This document shows, one piece after another, positions 8,882 through 17,697 of a DNA stretch of 24,000 nucleotides (positions are counted from its first letter, which is position 1; each line of letters begins with the position of its first letter). The notes beneath the pieces are model-generated. The model ran no database searches, had not been told where the DNA came from, and saw nothing but the letters and a program-made list of their open reading frames with translations. The DNA is from Minisyncoccota bacterium. Its GTDB lineage: Bacteria; Patescibacteriota; Minisyncoccia; Minisyncoccales; PEYH01. The stretch is from NCBI GenBank assembly GCA_021129555.1, contig JAJOKZ010000011.1:1-24000 (forward strand), in the 5' to 3' direction. Made by a program: the position numbers and the translations under genes.

Positions 8882-9583
8882 TTACTTTCCAAATCTTCTT
8901 TTGCGTTTTGAATAATCTAAAAATGCTTCTTCTAAATCCTTCTCTGTAAATTCAGGCCAATGTTTATTTGAGAAATAAAGTTCTGAATAGGCAGATTGCC
9001 AGATCAAAAAATTGGAAATTCTCTTCTCTTTACCTGTTCTGATAATAAGATCCGGATCTGGCTGTGCTTTTGTCCATAGATATTTTGAAACCAGCTCCTC
9101 ATTAACTTCTTTTGGAGGCACTTTCAATCTTACAATTTTTTTTATTGCCTCAATTATATCTGCCCTTCCTCCATATGAGAGAGCGATATTCAAAATGGCT
9201 TTTTTATTCTTTTTGGTTAATTGTTCTATCTCTTTAATTTTTTTCTGCAAAGTTTTTGGGAATCTCCATTTCTGCCCAATGATGTTAATTTTCACCCCTT
9301 TTTTATTTAATTCCTCTACATTTTTTTTGGTAAACATTGATTCAAAAAGTTTCATTAAATAACTTACCTCTTCTTTTGAACGGTTCCAATTTTCAGTTGA
9401 GAAAGCAAAAGCAGTCAAAATTTTGACTCCTTTTTTATAACAGTATCTTGCTATTTTTTTAAAATTCTCTAAACCCTTTTTGTGTCCAAAAAGCGTTGGA
9501 AGACCACGACTCCTTGCCCATCTTCTGTTCCCATCCATAATGATTGCCAGATGATAAGGGATTTTTGTATCTTCTTGACTCAC
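8882..9583 (-). CDS. uppS: Di-trans,poly-cis-undecaprenyl-diphosphate synthase
   Basis: HLAIIMDGNRRWA, FAFSTENWNR and the RTGKEKRISNFLIWQSAYSELYF motifs. It uses a GTG start at 9583-9581. Confidence 0.92.
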   Translation of the reverse strand: MSQEDTKIPYHLAIIMDGNRRWARSRGLPTLFGHKKGLENFKKIARYCYKKGVKILTAFAFSTENWNRSKEEVSYLMKLFESMFTKKNVEELNKKGVKINIIGQKWRFPKTLQKKIKEIEQLTKKNKKAILNIALSYGGRADIIEAIKKIVRLKVPPKEVNEELVSKYLWTKAQPDPDLIIRTGKEKRISNFLIWQSAYSELYFSNKHWPEFTEKDLEEAFLDYSKRKRRFGK

Positions 9584-9640
9584 TAAATTTTTTTTGTTAA
9601 TCTTTTTAAAGAAAAATTGAGCAAAATTTCATAATAATAT

Positions 9641-9913
9641 ATGGCAAAAACAAAATCTGCAGGATCAACAAAATTAGGAAGAGACTCAAGGCCCAAATAC
9701 TTAGGGGTCAAAATTTTTGGTGGACAAAAAGTTTTACCGGGTATGATTATTGTCAGACAAAGGGGCACAAAATTCATCCCTGGAAAAAATGTTGGCCGGG
9801 GCAAAGATGATACTCTTTATGCCAAAAAAACAGGGGTTGTAAAATTTGTCACAAAAAGAAAAAGAAAGTTTGATGGAACCCAACGAATTGTAAAAGTCGT
9901 AAATGTTGAATAA
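9641..9913 (+). CDS. rpmA: 50S ribosomal protein L27
   Basis: [49 protein letters not shown] is the canonical L27 sequence. Confidence 0.93.
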   Translation: MAKTKSAGSTKLGRDSRPKYLGVKIFGGQKVLPGMIIVRQRGTKFIPGKNVGRGKDDTLYAKKTGVVKFVTKRKRKFDGTQRIVKVVNVE

Positions 9914-9917
9914 ATCT

Positions 9918-10376
9918 TTACTCCTCCTTTTCTTCTTCTGGCACAACAACCACCCTTATTTCTGCCTCCAACCCTTGATCTAAATTTATTTTAACCGGGA
10001 ATTCTCCCAATTCTTTTATTGGTTTTTCAAGAGCTATCTGGCTCTTTTTGATATCAAAACCCATCTCTTTAATTTTTTTTGCAATCTTTGCTTGACCAAT
10101 ACCCTCAAAAAGTTCTCCCCTTTTCCCTACTTTCACCAAAAACTCAATTTCCTGACCATCCAATTGGGATGCCAGTTTTTGAATTCTTTTTAATTCTTGC
10201 TCTGCTTTTTTCTCTTCCAGTTCTTTTTGTCTTTCTGCCCATTCTATAAGTTTCTCTGTGGCAGGCTTTGCTAAACCTCTTGGGATAAGAAAATTACGAG
10301 CGTATCCATCCGCTACCTCTTTAATCTCGTATTTTTTGCCCAACTTTTCTACATCTTTTAGAAGGATAATCTTCAT
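9918..10376 (-). CDS. rplI: 50S ribosomal protein L9
   Basis: [36 protein letters not shown] is the canonical L9 N-domain. A charged linker helix and a C-domain follow. Confidence 0.9.
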   Translation of the reverse strand: MKIILLKDVEKLGKKYEIKEVADGYARNFLIPRGLAKPATEKLIEWAERQKELEEKKAEQELKRIQKLASQLDGQEIEFLVKVGKRGELFEGIGQAKIAKKIKEMGFDIKKSQIALEKPIKELGEFPVKINLDQGLEAEIRVVVVPEEEKEE

Positions 10377-10380
10377 TATT

Positions 10381-11574
10381 TTATAAATTCTTTATAACTT
10401 CTTTTGCCTTATCAAGCTGTGGATCCTTGCCTTTTTCAATATCTTCTTGGGTCAATTCAACCTCGATGTCAGGCTCAAGTCCTTTTTTATTAATAAGTTG
10501 ATTCTTTGGAGTAAACCAATGGGCAGTGGTTACTTTAAGCATTCCCTCTCTTTTTATTTTACCAATATTTACTGTCTCTTGCACTGAACCCTTCCCAAAA
10601 GTTCTCTCCCCTATTAATTTTACATCATCTCTCTGTTCCCTTAAAGCAGCGGCAAAAATTTCTGCCCCAGAGGCGGTTCCTTTGTTGACTAAAATTACAA
10701 GTGGATAATTTAAAAGAGTAGATGGACCTTTGGCCTTATAAATGTCTTCTTCTCCATTGGCATATCTAGCAATGGCAATAATTTTGTTCTGTTCTAAAAA
10801 CCACCCTGCAATTTCCTGGACTTTATCCAGCAATCCCCCGGGATTATTTCTTAAATCTAGGATAATTTTTTTTGCCCCTTTCTCTTTGATAAATTGAACT
10901 GCTTTTTTAAATTGTAAAACAGTATTTTCGTTGAATTGATAAATGGTTAAATGAGCAATATTTTTCTCCAAAATCTCCACCTTAATTGAAGGAATATTAA
11001 TTACATCTCTTACAATCTCAATCTCTTTTGGTTCCTCCCATCCCTCTCTCATAATTGTTAATCTCACCTTTGTCCCTTTTGGACCTCTAATCATCTTCAC
11101 TGCTTCATAGATGGTTAAATCTTTTGTGTAGATGTCTTCAATTTTTATAATTCTATCTCCTGCCAAAATACCTGCTTTTTTGGCAGGAGTTCCCTCAAGA
11201 GGTGCTACAACGGTTAGGTATCCATCTCTTATTCCTATTTCCATCCCCACTCCCTCAAAACTTCCAAAAATATCTTCCAAAAACATCTCGCTTTCCTCTG
11301 GAGTATAAAAAACAGTATAAGGATCATTTACGCTCTGGGCTATCCCCTTTGCTCCACCGTAAATCATTTCTTGATAATCTATCTTGCCAATGTATTTCTC
11401 CTCAATTGCTCTCCAGACCTCCCATAAAACTGAAAGATCCACTCCTGGGGGCAAATCTTCTGGAGGTTTGGGGGTTTCTTGTAGCCCAAAGTAAAAACCT
11501 GCCCTAAAACTTATAGCAACAATAACAATAAGGGTAATAAAAAGAAAACTTTTTTTAATAACTTTATTTTTCAT
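10381..11574 (-). CDS. S41-family carboxy-terminal processing peptidase with PDZ domain
   Basis: N-terminal anchor, PDZ segment ([19 protein letters not shown]), S41 catalytic region ([15 protein letters not shown] ... [11 protein letters not shown]). Confidence 0.88.
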   Translation of the reverse strand: MKNKVIKKSFLFITLIVIVAISFRAGFYFGLQETPKPPEDLPPGVDLSVLWEVWRAIEEKYIGKIDYQEMIYGGAKGIAQSVNDPYTVFYTPEESEMFLEDIFGSFEGVGMEIGIRDGYLTVVAPLEGTPAKKAGILAGDRIIKIEDIYTKDLTIYEAVKMIRGPKGTKVRLTIMREGWEEPKEIEIVRDVINIPSIKVEILEKNIAHLTIYQFNENTVLQFKKAVQFIKEKGAKKIILDLRNNPGGLLDKVQEIAGWFLEQNKIIAIARYANGEEDIYKAKGPSTLLNYPLVILVNKGTASGAEIFAAALREQRDDVKLIGERTFGKGSVQETVNIGKIKREGMLKVTTAHWFTPKNQLINKKGLEPDIEVELTQEDIEKGKDPQLDKAKEVIKNL

Positions 11575-12601
11575 ATAATTTGGCTATCTTTTTGCAAAAC
11601 CACAATATCTTTTTTTTGAAAATTCTCAGTTGAAGATATGAAAAAAGAGATAAACCAATAAATGCAAAAAGTAAATTAATCCCCCTAAAAATTAAACTAA
11701 AAGCGATTCCTGTCTCCCGTGTTAGACCAAAAAAATCAAAAATAAAAGATTGGCTTACTTCTAAACTTCCCAAAGCTGCAGGCAAAGGAATGGTACCCGC
11801 AAGGGCTATCATACTATTTATAGCAAAAATTTTTAAAAAAGCCAAATATTTATCTAAAAAAATTACTACCAACCAAAAAGAAAAAATCATAAGAAAAATT
11901 TCAAAAAACCCCAAAAGAAATATTTTGAGAACATCTTTGGGCTTTCTGTGAAAAAATTCTGCAATTTCGGTCTCTATCTCTTTGATGGAATTTTCTCTTC
12001 TCTGGAAAAATTTAGTATTTGATAAATAGAGTTTCTTGAGAATATAACTTAAAATGCCTTTTTTAAGAGTTATATCTTTTAATTTGAGGTAAATTAAAAA
12101 TCCCAAAGAAGTGGCCAAGATTGTTAGACCTATAACTAAAATTTTTGTAATAAAAGTTGTTGGAAAATAAACAATAAAAATAAATATACCAAACAAAAAA
12201 TAAAAGACAGAAATAAAAAACGAAATTATTTTATCCAACATTATAGAAGAAATAATATGCTTTGGTGGGGCCTTGGTTTCTTCTCTTAAAAGGGCGTATC
12301 TTACAGGTTCTCCACCAAAAAAAACTACAGGGGTTAAATAACTAAATGCGAAACCAACAAATTTTATCAAAAAAAGCGGATAAAACTTTAAAGAAACTCC
12401 TTGGGTTTTTAAAATGCAAAACCATCTATAAGTACTTACAAAAATTTGTGCCAGAAAGAAAGAAAAAAGAATCAAGAGGAATTTAAATGGCCAAATTTTT
12501 GATAAAATTTGAGAAACCTCAGAGAGATCTACTGACTTTAAGGCAAAAACAAATAGACCTACTCCAAGTATAAGTGAAATAAAAATAAATATCTTTCTCA
12601 T
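11564..12601 (-). CDS. Polytopic membrane protein, flippase-like / lysylphosphatidylglycerol-synthase TM-region family (UPF0104-like)
   Basis: About 8 predicted hydrophobic helices and a YRW motif after TM2 (STYRWFCIL), typical of this family. The family assignment is from recollection, not a search. Confidence 0.55.
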   Translation of the reverse strand: MRKIFIFISLILGVGLFVFALKSVDLSEVSQILSKIWPFKFLLILFSFFLAQIFVSTYRWFCILKTQGVSLKFYPLFLIKFVGFAFSYLTPVVFFGGEPVRYALLREETKAPPKHIISSIMLDKIISFFISVFYFLFGIFIFIVYFPTTFITKILVIGLTILATSLGFLIYLKLKDITLKKGILSYILKKLYLSNTKFFQRRENSIKEIETEIAEFFHRKPKDVLKIFLLGFFEIFLMIFSFWLVVIFLDKYLAFLKIFAINSMIALAGTIPLPAALGSLEVSQSFIFDFFGLTRETGIAFSLIFRGINLLFAFIGLSLFSYLQLRIFKKKILWFCKKIAKLYEK

Positions 12602-12639
12602 AGGTTATTCTAATATTTTAACAAAGATTTTAATTTTGA

Positions 12640-12664
12640 AAAGAAAAAACCGGGGGGAACCCGG
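12640..12664 (-). terminator. Putative intrinsic terminator (- strand) downstream of the methylthiotransferase
   Basis: On the - strand, CCGGG-loop-CCCGG (a 5-bp all-GC stem, 12650-12664) is followed by TTTTTTCTTTT. An A-run/T-run on both sides suggests it could act bidirectionally. Confidence 0.45.
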
Positions 12665-12690
12665 GCTTTTTCTGGAATTTTCCGACCTTT

Positions 12691-12843
12691 TTATTTATTA
12701 ATCAAGCGTAATTTTTCTATTTTTCTTCTCTTCTTCCGAAAACGCCAAAAATTTTTAAGCGTCTTTAAGAATGTCTGGGCGGTGAGATCTTCTGCCAAAG
12801 CAACATTTGCTGTTCTTCTAACATAAATAGAAACGCAAATTTT
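12691..12843 (-). pseudogene. Possible remnant of a sigma-70/ECF sigma factor (region 2 only); 50 sense codons in frame after the mtaB TAA
   Basis: Translation: KICVSIYVRRTANVALAEDLTAQTFLKTLKNFWRFRKKRRKIEKLRLINK*. The AEDLT.QTFLK...FR stretch resembles the region 2.1/2.2 consensus of ECF sigma factors. There is no in-frame ATG, and both ends are truncated relative to a full sigma factor. Confidence 0.3.
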
Positions 12844-14124
12844 TTAATTTGGTTGCAAAATCTCTCCCAAAAGATAGTTGACGCTTACCTCTTTTATTTT
12901 AACTTTCAAAAACTCCCCTATTTTTGCATTCTTCAAAATGACTGCTCTAAAATGAGGGGGGCGAGCAAGATATGTTTCTTTTTTCCCTTTCTTTGTTACC
13001 AAAACTTCCTCTAACCTTCCAACAAACCCTTTCCCATCTTTTTCTTTAATCTTTTTTGATAACTCATCTAAAATTCTTGAGCGCTTTGTCTTTATTCTGT
13101 CTGGTAGATCTTTTAGTCTTTCTGCCTCAGTGTTTGGTCTTTTTGAAAATTTAGTAATATTTATAATTCTTGGCTTTATTTTTTCAATTAATTCAACAGT
13201 TTTTTGAAAATCTGAATTTTTCTCTTCTGGCCATCCAACAATAACATCGGTTACAAGCATTAGGTCAGGAAATTCTTTTTTGAATGCCTCAACAACCTCC
13301 AAAAAATCTCTCACCCTGTATCCCCTTTTCATCTCTTTCAAAATCCTATCCGAGCCACTTTGAACTGGAATATGTAAATATTTGTAAATTTTTTCTGATT
13401 TATAAACCTCAATTAAAGAATTTAGAATTTGTTTAAAATGCTGAGGGTTGCCCATTCCTAACCTTATACGAAACTCAAAAGGCAATGAGATGATTTTCTC
13501 TAAAAGTTTTGGTAATTGATACTCTCCATAATCCAAACCAAAGCAGGCAATATCCTGAGATGTTAAATGAATTTCTCTAAAGCCCAAAGAAAGGGCAAAT
13601 TTTACCTCCTCCAAAATTCCCTCAATTGAAAAACTTTTAAGCTTCCCTCTTGCCAGTTTTGTGGCGCAATAAGCACACCTTCCAAGACATCCCTCAGAAA
13701 TTGGAACAATTACAATACAAGAATTTTTTTGCAATCTTACCTTTACTCTGCAATATTTTGACTTATTTAAATTTTCTTCCTCTAAATAAATGGGTTTTTT
13801 GCCCTTTTTTATCTCCTCTATTGCCTCCTTTATATGCAATAAATTTTTTGGACCCAAAACCCCATCAACTTTTTTAATTATATCCTTTGAAATTAAAGGA
13901 AGACATCCAGCCAATATAATTTTTTTATTTTTCTTTTTTAATTCCTCTATCTTCTTTTTGATTTTCCTCTCTGTTTTCTCAACCACCCCGCAACTATTTA
14001 TGATTACAAAATCCGTCTCATTCTCTGAGGTTTTTTGAAAACTCTCAGATAAAAGTCCCAAAATTAATTCAGAATCTGCCTGATTTAACTTGCATCCATA
14101 AGTTATAAGAGAAAATTTCTCCAT
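12844..14124 (-). CDS. mtaB: Radical-SAM methylthiotransferase, MiaB-like, archaeal/eukaryotic (e-MtaB/CDKAL1) type; probable ms2t6A37 synthase
   Basis: N-terminal UPF0004 domain (ITYGCKLNQADSE ... INSCGV). Radical SAM CLGRCAYC (Cx3Cx2C) is followed by ATKLARGKLKSF, typical of the e-MtaB type. A C-terminal TRAM-like domain is present. Confidence 0.8.
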   Translation of the reverse strand: MEKFSLITYGCKLNQADSELILGLLSESFQKTSENETDFVIINSCGVVEKTERKIKKKIEELKKKNKKIILAGCLPLISKDIIKKVDGVLGPKNLLHIKEAIEEIKKGKKPIYLEEENLNKSKYCRVKVRLQKNSCIVIVPISEGCLGRCAYCATKLARGKLKSFSIEGILEEVKFALSLGFREIHLTSQDIACFGLDYGEYQLPKLLEKIISLPFEFRIRLGMGNPQHFKQILNSLIEVYKSEKIYKYLHIPVQSGSDRILKEMKRGYRVRDFLEVVEAFKKEFPDLMLVTDVIVGWPEEKNSDFQKTVELIEKIKPRIINITKFSKRPNTEAERLKDLPDRIKTKRSRILDELSKKIKEKDGKGFVGRLEEVLVTKKGKKETYLARPPHFRAVILKNAKIGEFLKVKIKEVSVNYLLGEILQPN

Positions 14125-14130
14125 TCTTTG

Positions 14131-14177
14131 AAATTATGTTTCTTTCTTTTAAATGTCAAGAATTTAAATGTCAAGAA
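14131..14177 (-). promoter_or_regulatory. Perfect tandem 15-mer (TTCTTGACATTTAAA x2 on the - strand) giving two TTGACA boxes. The proximal one makes a putative leaderless mtaB promoter.
   Basis: The units lie at 14148-14162 and 14163-14177. On the - strand the proximal TTGACA (14159-14154) has a 17-nt spacer, then TAATTT (14136-14131), then 6 nt to the ATG (14124). No SD is present. Confidence 0.4.
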
Positions 14178-14201
14178 AAAAGCCCATGTTGATAATTTGG
14201 A

Positions 14202-14265
14202 TAATTTGACGAGAACAGTTCTCGTCAAATTAAATTTGACGAGAACAGTTCTCGTCAAATTTAAT
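14202..14265. repeat. Two tandem perfect palindromes, AATTTGACGAGAAC-A-GTTCTCGTCAAATT, with centres 30 bp apart
   Basis: Copy 1 is at 14203-14231 and copy 2 at 14233-14261, and they are identical. Self-complementarity extends to 14202-14232 and 14229-14265. They lie between tRNA-Lys and the mtaB promoter. Confidence 0.85.
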
Positions 14266-14383
14266 CAAAATTGTGCCAAATTAAAAAAATTAAAAAATTT
14301 AAGCTAGAACTTAGAACTGGTGTGGGTTTTCGCGCCTCATTTTTTGGGGACTGGCCCCTTAAAAATATATTTGTTATTTGTTT

Positions 14384-14412
14384 GATTCTTGGATCTTGGT
14401 TCTTGGATCTTC
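14384..14412. repeat. Short tandem repeat G(A/T)TCTTG x4 (TTCTTGGATCTT occurs twice, period 14), immediately 3' of tRNA-Lys
   Basis: TTCTTGGATCTT occurs at 14386-14397 and 14400-14411. Confidence 0.7.
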
Positions 14413-14420
14413 TTTTATTG

Positions 14421-14493
14421 TGCCCCCGCCGCGACTCGAACGCGGAACCTCTGGCTTAAAAGGCCATTGCTCTACCAATTGAGCTACGGGGGC
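14421..14493 (-). tRNA. tRNA-Lys (anticodon UUU)
   Basis: A 73-nt cloverleaf read by hand: acceptor GCCCCCG/CGGGGGC, D arm GCTC-AATTGGTA-GAGC, anticodon arm ATGGC-CTTTTAA-GCCAG, variable AGGTT, T arm CCGCG-TTCGAGT-CGCGG, discriminator A. CCA is not encoded. Confidence 0.9.
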
Positions 14494-14498
14494 AACAC

Positions 14499-14515
14499 AA
14501 CCCGCCTTGCGGGTT
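14499..14515 (-). other. Hairpin AACCCGC-N3-GCGGGTT between dnaJ and tRNA-Lys (weak terminator or processing signal)
   Basis: A 7-bp stem with no T-run after it on the - strand. The tRNA starts 5 nt downstream. Confidence 0.3.
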
Positions 14516-14521
14516 GCGAAT

Positions 14522-14556
14522 TCAAAACTCAAATCTCAAAACTCAAAACTCAAATA
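14522..14556. repeat. Heptamer microsatellite TCAAAAC x5 (variants TCAAATC, TCAAATA) between the dnaJ stop and tRNA-Lys
   Basis: Read directly from the sequence: tcaaaac tcaaatc tcaaaac tcaaaac tcaaata. Confidence 0.8.
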
Positions 14557-14562
14557 ATGAAT

Positions 14563-15651
14563 TTATAATCCCTCTTCCTGTAATTTCTTCATTAACTCTT
14601 TTTGTGTCTTTGTCAATCTTTTTGGAGTTTTTATCTGAACTTTCACATATAAATCCCCTTTTCCATATCCAGAAAAATGAGGAATCCCTAAATTTTTCAG
14701 TTTAAAAATCTCTCCTGCCTCTGTGCCTTGAGGAATTTTAAGCAAAACTGTTTTTTCTAAAGTTTCTATCTCAACCTCTCCTCCCAAAACTGCAAGAGAA
14801 TATGGAATCTCAATTACTGTATAAAGATTGTCTCCTTTTCTCTTAAATTTTGGATGGGGTCTTAGGTGAATTCTTACATACAAATCTCCTGCTCTTCCTC
14901 CTCTTCTTCCAGCATCTCCCAGACCTTTAAATTGTAAAACCTGTCCTGAATCAACACCAGCAGGGATCGTAATTTGAATTGTCTCCTCTTTTCTAATTCT
15001 TCCCTCTCCCTTGCAGACATTACAAGGTTTCTCTGGAATATATCCTTCCCCTTTGCAGGTAGGACAAACTGTATATCTTGAAATTGTTCCAAAGAAGATT
15101 CTTTTTACCTGCTGAACTTCTCCCCTTCCTCTGCAGGTTGCACATTCCTTCAGGCGAGTTCCGGGCTCAGATCCTTTACCATCACATCTTTGACAGACTA
15201 CATATTTATACAAGGCAATTTTTTTCTTCTGATTCTTTAGGGTTTCTCTTAAATCTAAACGAACCACAATCTCTAAATCCTCTCCCCTTCTTATATCCTC
15301 TCTTTTTCTCTGTGAAAACCCAAAAAATTCCTCAAATAAATCCTCCAATGTCTCAAATCCAAACCCGGCCCCTTTTGCAAAATTTTTCTGCCAGAAACTG
15401 TCAAAATCAAACCAGTTAGCAGAGGCCTGAAATTCCGGTCCTCCCCCTTCAAAGATTCTTCCATACTTATCATACTGAGCTCTTTTTTCTTTGTCAGATA
15501 AAACCTGATAGGCCTCGTTTATCTCTTTAAACTTTTTCTCATCACCACCTCTGTCTGGATGATATTTATGAGCAAGGCGTCTGTAGGCCTTTTTTATTTC
15601 TTCATCCGAGGCCCCAGGTGGAACCCCTAAAATTTTGTAGTAGTCCTTCAT
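14563..15651 (-). CDS. dnaJ: Molecular chaperone DnaJ (type I)
   Basis: J domain with KYHPD, a G/F-rich region, and four CxxCxGxG zinc-finger repeats ([32 protein letters not shown]). Confidence 0.95.
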   Translation of the reverse strand: MKDYYKILGVPPGASDEEIKKAYRRLAHKYHPDRGGDEKKFKEINEAYQVLSDKEKRAQYDKYGRIFEGGGPEFQASANWFDFDSFWQKNFAKGAGFGFETLEDLFEEFFGFSQRKREDIRRGEDLEIVVRLDLRETLKNQKKKIALYKYVVCQRCDGKGSEPGTRLKECATCRGRGEVQQVKRIFFGTISRYTVCPTCKGEGYIPEKPCNVCKGEGRIRKEETIQITIPAGVDSGQVLQFKGLGDAGRRGGRAGDLYVRIHLRPHPKFKRKGDNLYTVIEIPYSLAVLGGEVEIETLEKTVLLKIPQGTEAGEIFKLKNLGIPHFSGYGKGDLYVKVQIKTPKRLTKTQKELMKKLQEEGL

Positions 15652-15662
15652 AATTTTACATT

Positions 15663-15692
15663 TAAAAGAAAGCGGAGCGAGAGAGCGGCTCC
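15663..15692 (-). terminator. Weak hairpin plus T-tract between dnaK and dnaJ (possible attenuator)
   Basis: On the - strand, GGAGC-N9-GCTCC (15692-15674) is followed by GCTTTCTTTT. The stem is only 5 bp. Confidence 0.25.
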
Positions 15693-15708
15693 AGTATTAA
15701 TTTTTGCT

Positions 15709-17586
15709 TTATTTCTCCTTATACTCCCCCTCTTTTGCCTCTCCTTCATCTCCTGTAGAACCCCTTTCTCCTTTTTGAGACTCCCCTCCCCTATACAACT
15801 CCGCCCCAATTTTCTGCATCACCTCTGACAACTCCTGAATTCCTCTTTTTATATCTTCTATATTATCACCTTCTTTTAATTTCTTCAAATTCTCAATCTT
15901 TGCCTCAATTTCTTTTTTATCCTCCTCTTTAATTTTTGACTCAAACTCCTTTAGGGTTTTTTGAGCAGTATAAATTAACGAATCTGCATTATTTTTGGTT
16001 TCAACCAGTTCTTTTTTCTTTCTATCCTCTTCTACATACATCTCTGCCTCTCTTTTCATCCTCTCAACCTCCTCTTTTGAAACTCCCAAAGAACCCTCAA
16101 TTCTTATTGATTGGGTTTTTCCTGTTGCTTTGTCTTTGGCTGTTACTATCAAAATCCCATTTGCATCGATATCAAATGTTACCTCAATTTGAGGAACACC
16201 TCGAGGAGCAGGTGGTATTCCGTCCAAAATAAATCTTCCAAGAGATTTGTTATCCTTTGCCATTGGCCTCTCTCCCTGCAAAACATGAATCTCAACAGAA
16301 GTTTGGTTATCTGTGGCAGTTGAGAAAATTTGGGTCTTTGAGGTAGGAATGGTTGTATTTTTTGGAATTAAAATTGTATTCACCCCACCAAGAGTTTCAA
16401 TTCCCAAAGACAAAGGAGTGACATCTAAAAGTAAAACATCTTTTACTTCGCCTTGCAAAATTCCTCCCTGAATGGCAGCCCCAATTGCTACCACCTCGTC
16501 AGGATTAATATCCTTTCTTGGCTCTTTTCCAAAAACCTCTTTAATTTTTTGCTGAATTAGAGGCATTCTTATCTGTCCTCCAACAAGGATAATCTCGTCA
16601 ATATCTTTTGGCTCCATTTTTGCCTCTTTCAAAACCTGCTTTACTATCTCAATTGATTTATCTATATATTCCTTTACCATCTCCTCAAGTTGAGCGCGAC
16701 TAAGTTTGTAATATAGATGTTTTGGGCCAGAGGTATCAGAGATAATAAATGGGAGGTTAATTTCTGTCTCAAAGGTTGTTGAAAGCTCAGTTTTTGCTTT
16801 TTCGGCCGCCTCTTTTAATCTCTGCAAGGATAAAGAATCCTTTCTTAAGTCAATACCCTGATCTTTTTTGAACTGTTCAACTAACCAATCAATAATTTTT
16901 TGATCAAAATCATCACCACCAAGATGGGTATCCCCCCCGGTTGCCTTAACCTCTACTGTATCATCGCCTGTCTCAATTATTGAGACATCAAAAGTTCCTC
17001 CACCAAAATCATAAACAACAATCTTTTGATTTTCTTTTTTGGTTAGACCATAAGCCAAAGCAGCAGCAGTTGGTTCATTTATTATTCTTTTAACCTCAAA
17101 TCCTGCAATTTCACCTGCCAATTTTGTTGCCTTTCTTTGAGAATCATCAAAATAAGCAGGGCAGGTAATAATTGCCTGATCAATTTTCTCTCCCAATTTC
17201 TCTTCTGCATCCTGTTTTAACTTCTGTAGAACCATTGCTGAAATCTCAAAGGGTCTATACCATTTCTCCCCCATCTTTACCTCAACTCCGCCATCAGAGG
17301 CCTTTCTAATTTCATAGGGCAAAATTTTAATATCTCTTTGAACCTCTGGATCATCAAATCTTCTTCCGATTAATCTTTTGACAGAGAAAATTGTATTTTT
17401 TGGATTTGTAATCTGTTGTCTCTTTGCCAAAATTCCCACCAATCTTTCTTCATTTTTTGTCAATGCAACAACTGAGGGGGTTACTCTTCCCCCTTCTCTA
17501 TTTTCAATAATTTGGGGTTGGCCGTCTTTGACAACAGCCATTGCAGAGTTTGTTGTTCCCAGATCTATCCCAAGTATTTTTGCCAT
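15709..17586 (-). CDS. dnaK: Molecular chaperone DnaK (Hsp70)
   Basis: [19 protein letters not shown] and VGGQIRMP motifs; full-length Hsp70. Confidence 0.97.
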   Translation of the reverse strand: MAKILGIDLGTTNSAMAVVKDGQPQIIENREGGRVTPSVVALTKNEERLVGILAKRQQITNPKNTIFSVKRLIGRRFDDPEVQRDIKILPYEIRKASDGGVEVKMGEKWYRPFEISAMVLQKLKQDAEEKLGEKIDQAIITCPAYFDDSQRKATKLAGEIAGFEVKRIINEPTAAALAYGLTKKENQKIVVYDFGGGTFDVSIIETGDDTVEVKATGGDTHLGGDDFDQKIIDWLVEQFKKDQGIDLRKDSLSLQRLKEAAEKAKTELSTTFETEINLPFIISDTSGPKHLYYKLSRAQLEEMVKEYIDKSIEIVKQVLKEAKMEPKDIDEIILVGGQIRMPLIQQKIKEVFGKEPRKDINPDEVVAIGAAIQGGILQGEVKDVLLLDVTPLSLGIETLGGVNTILIPKNTTIPTSKTQIFSTATDNQTSVEIHVLQGERPMAKDNKSLGRFILDGIPPAPRGVPQIEVTFDIDANGILIVTAKDKATGKTQSIRIEGSLGVSKEEVERMKREAEMYVEEDRKKKELVETKNNADSLIYTAQKTLKEFESKIKEEDKKEIEAKIENLKKLKEGDNIEDIKRGIQELSEVMQKIGAELYRGGESQKGERGSTGDEGEAKEGEYKEK

Positions 17587-17632
17587 ATAATTGAAGTTTT
17601 AATTGTTTCTCTTTGTTTCTCGTTATACGTTA

Positions 17633-17696
17633 TTAATCAGAAACTCCCTCTCTCCCACCACCCAATAGGTGGCAGGGGATCAGAGTTTCTGATTAA
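17633..17696 (-). other. Long composite stem-loop in the hsp20-dnaK intercistronic region
   Basis: The outer perfect 14-bp arms are TTAATCAGAAACTC (17633-17646) and GAGTTTCTGATTAA (17683-17696). The inner stem is CCACC (17658-17662) with GGTGG (17668-17672), plus CCC/GGG. It starts 1 nt after the hsp20 stop, and no T-run follows. Confidence 0.6.
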
Positions 17697-17697
17697 A

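Noticed and set aside
9584-9643. A leaderless or promoter call for rpmA in the uppS/rpmA divergent spacer.
   Set aside because: TTGAGC (9617-9622) and the TA-rich hexamers before the ATG are not at workable spacing. I cannot support a specific promoter, only the absence of an SD.
14202-14265. The palindromes as LexA/Cheo-type SOS boxes.
   Set aside because: The Cheo box is GAAC-N4-GTTC. Here the half-sites are separated by a single base (GAAC-A-GTTC), and no SOS gene is adjacent.
14271-14459. A 62-aa + strand ORF.
   Set aside because: It runs antisense through tRNA-Lys and repeat DNA, has no RBS or promoter logic, and has a low-complexity product. It is spurious.
14514-14705. A 63-aa + strand ORF (MRIQNSNLKTQNSN...).
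   Set aside because: Its 5' part is just the translated heptamer microsatellite, and the rest is antisense to the dnaJ 3' end.
15936-16323. Several 60-100-aa ORFs antisense to dnaK, and similar ones antisense to gltX, uppS, the protease, mtaB, dnaJ, hsp20, hrcA and fem.
   Set aside because: They lie wholly inside strongly supported conserved genes. Their products are low-complexity Leu/Phe/Ser-rich, as expected from the antisense frame of AT-rich, Lys/Glu-rich genes.
17633-17696. A second CIRCE element, or a MITE, between hsp20 and dnaK.
   Set aside because: The arms (TTAATCAGAAACTC) do not match CIRCE, and the spacer is 36 nt rather than 9. At 64 bp with no clear target-site duplication and no second copy in the window, a MITE call is unsupported.
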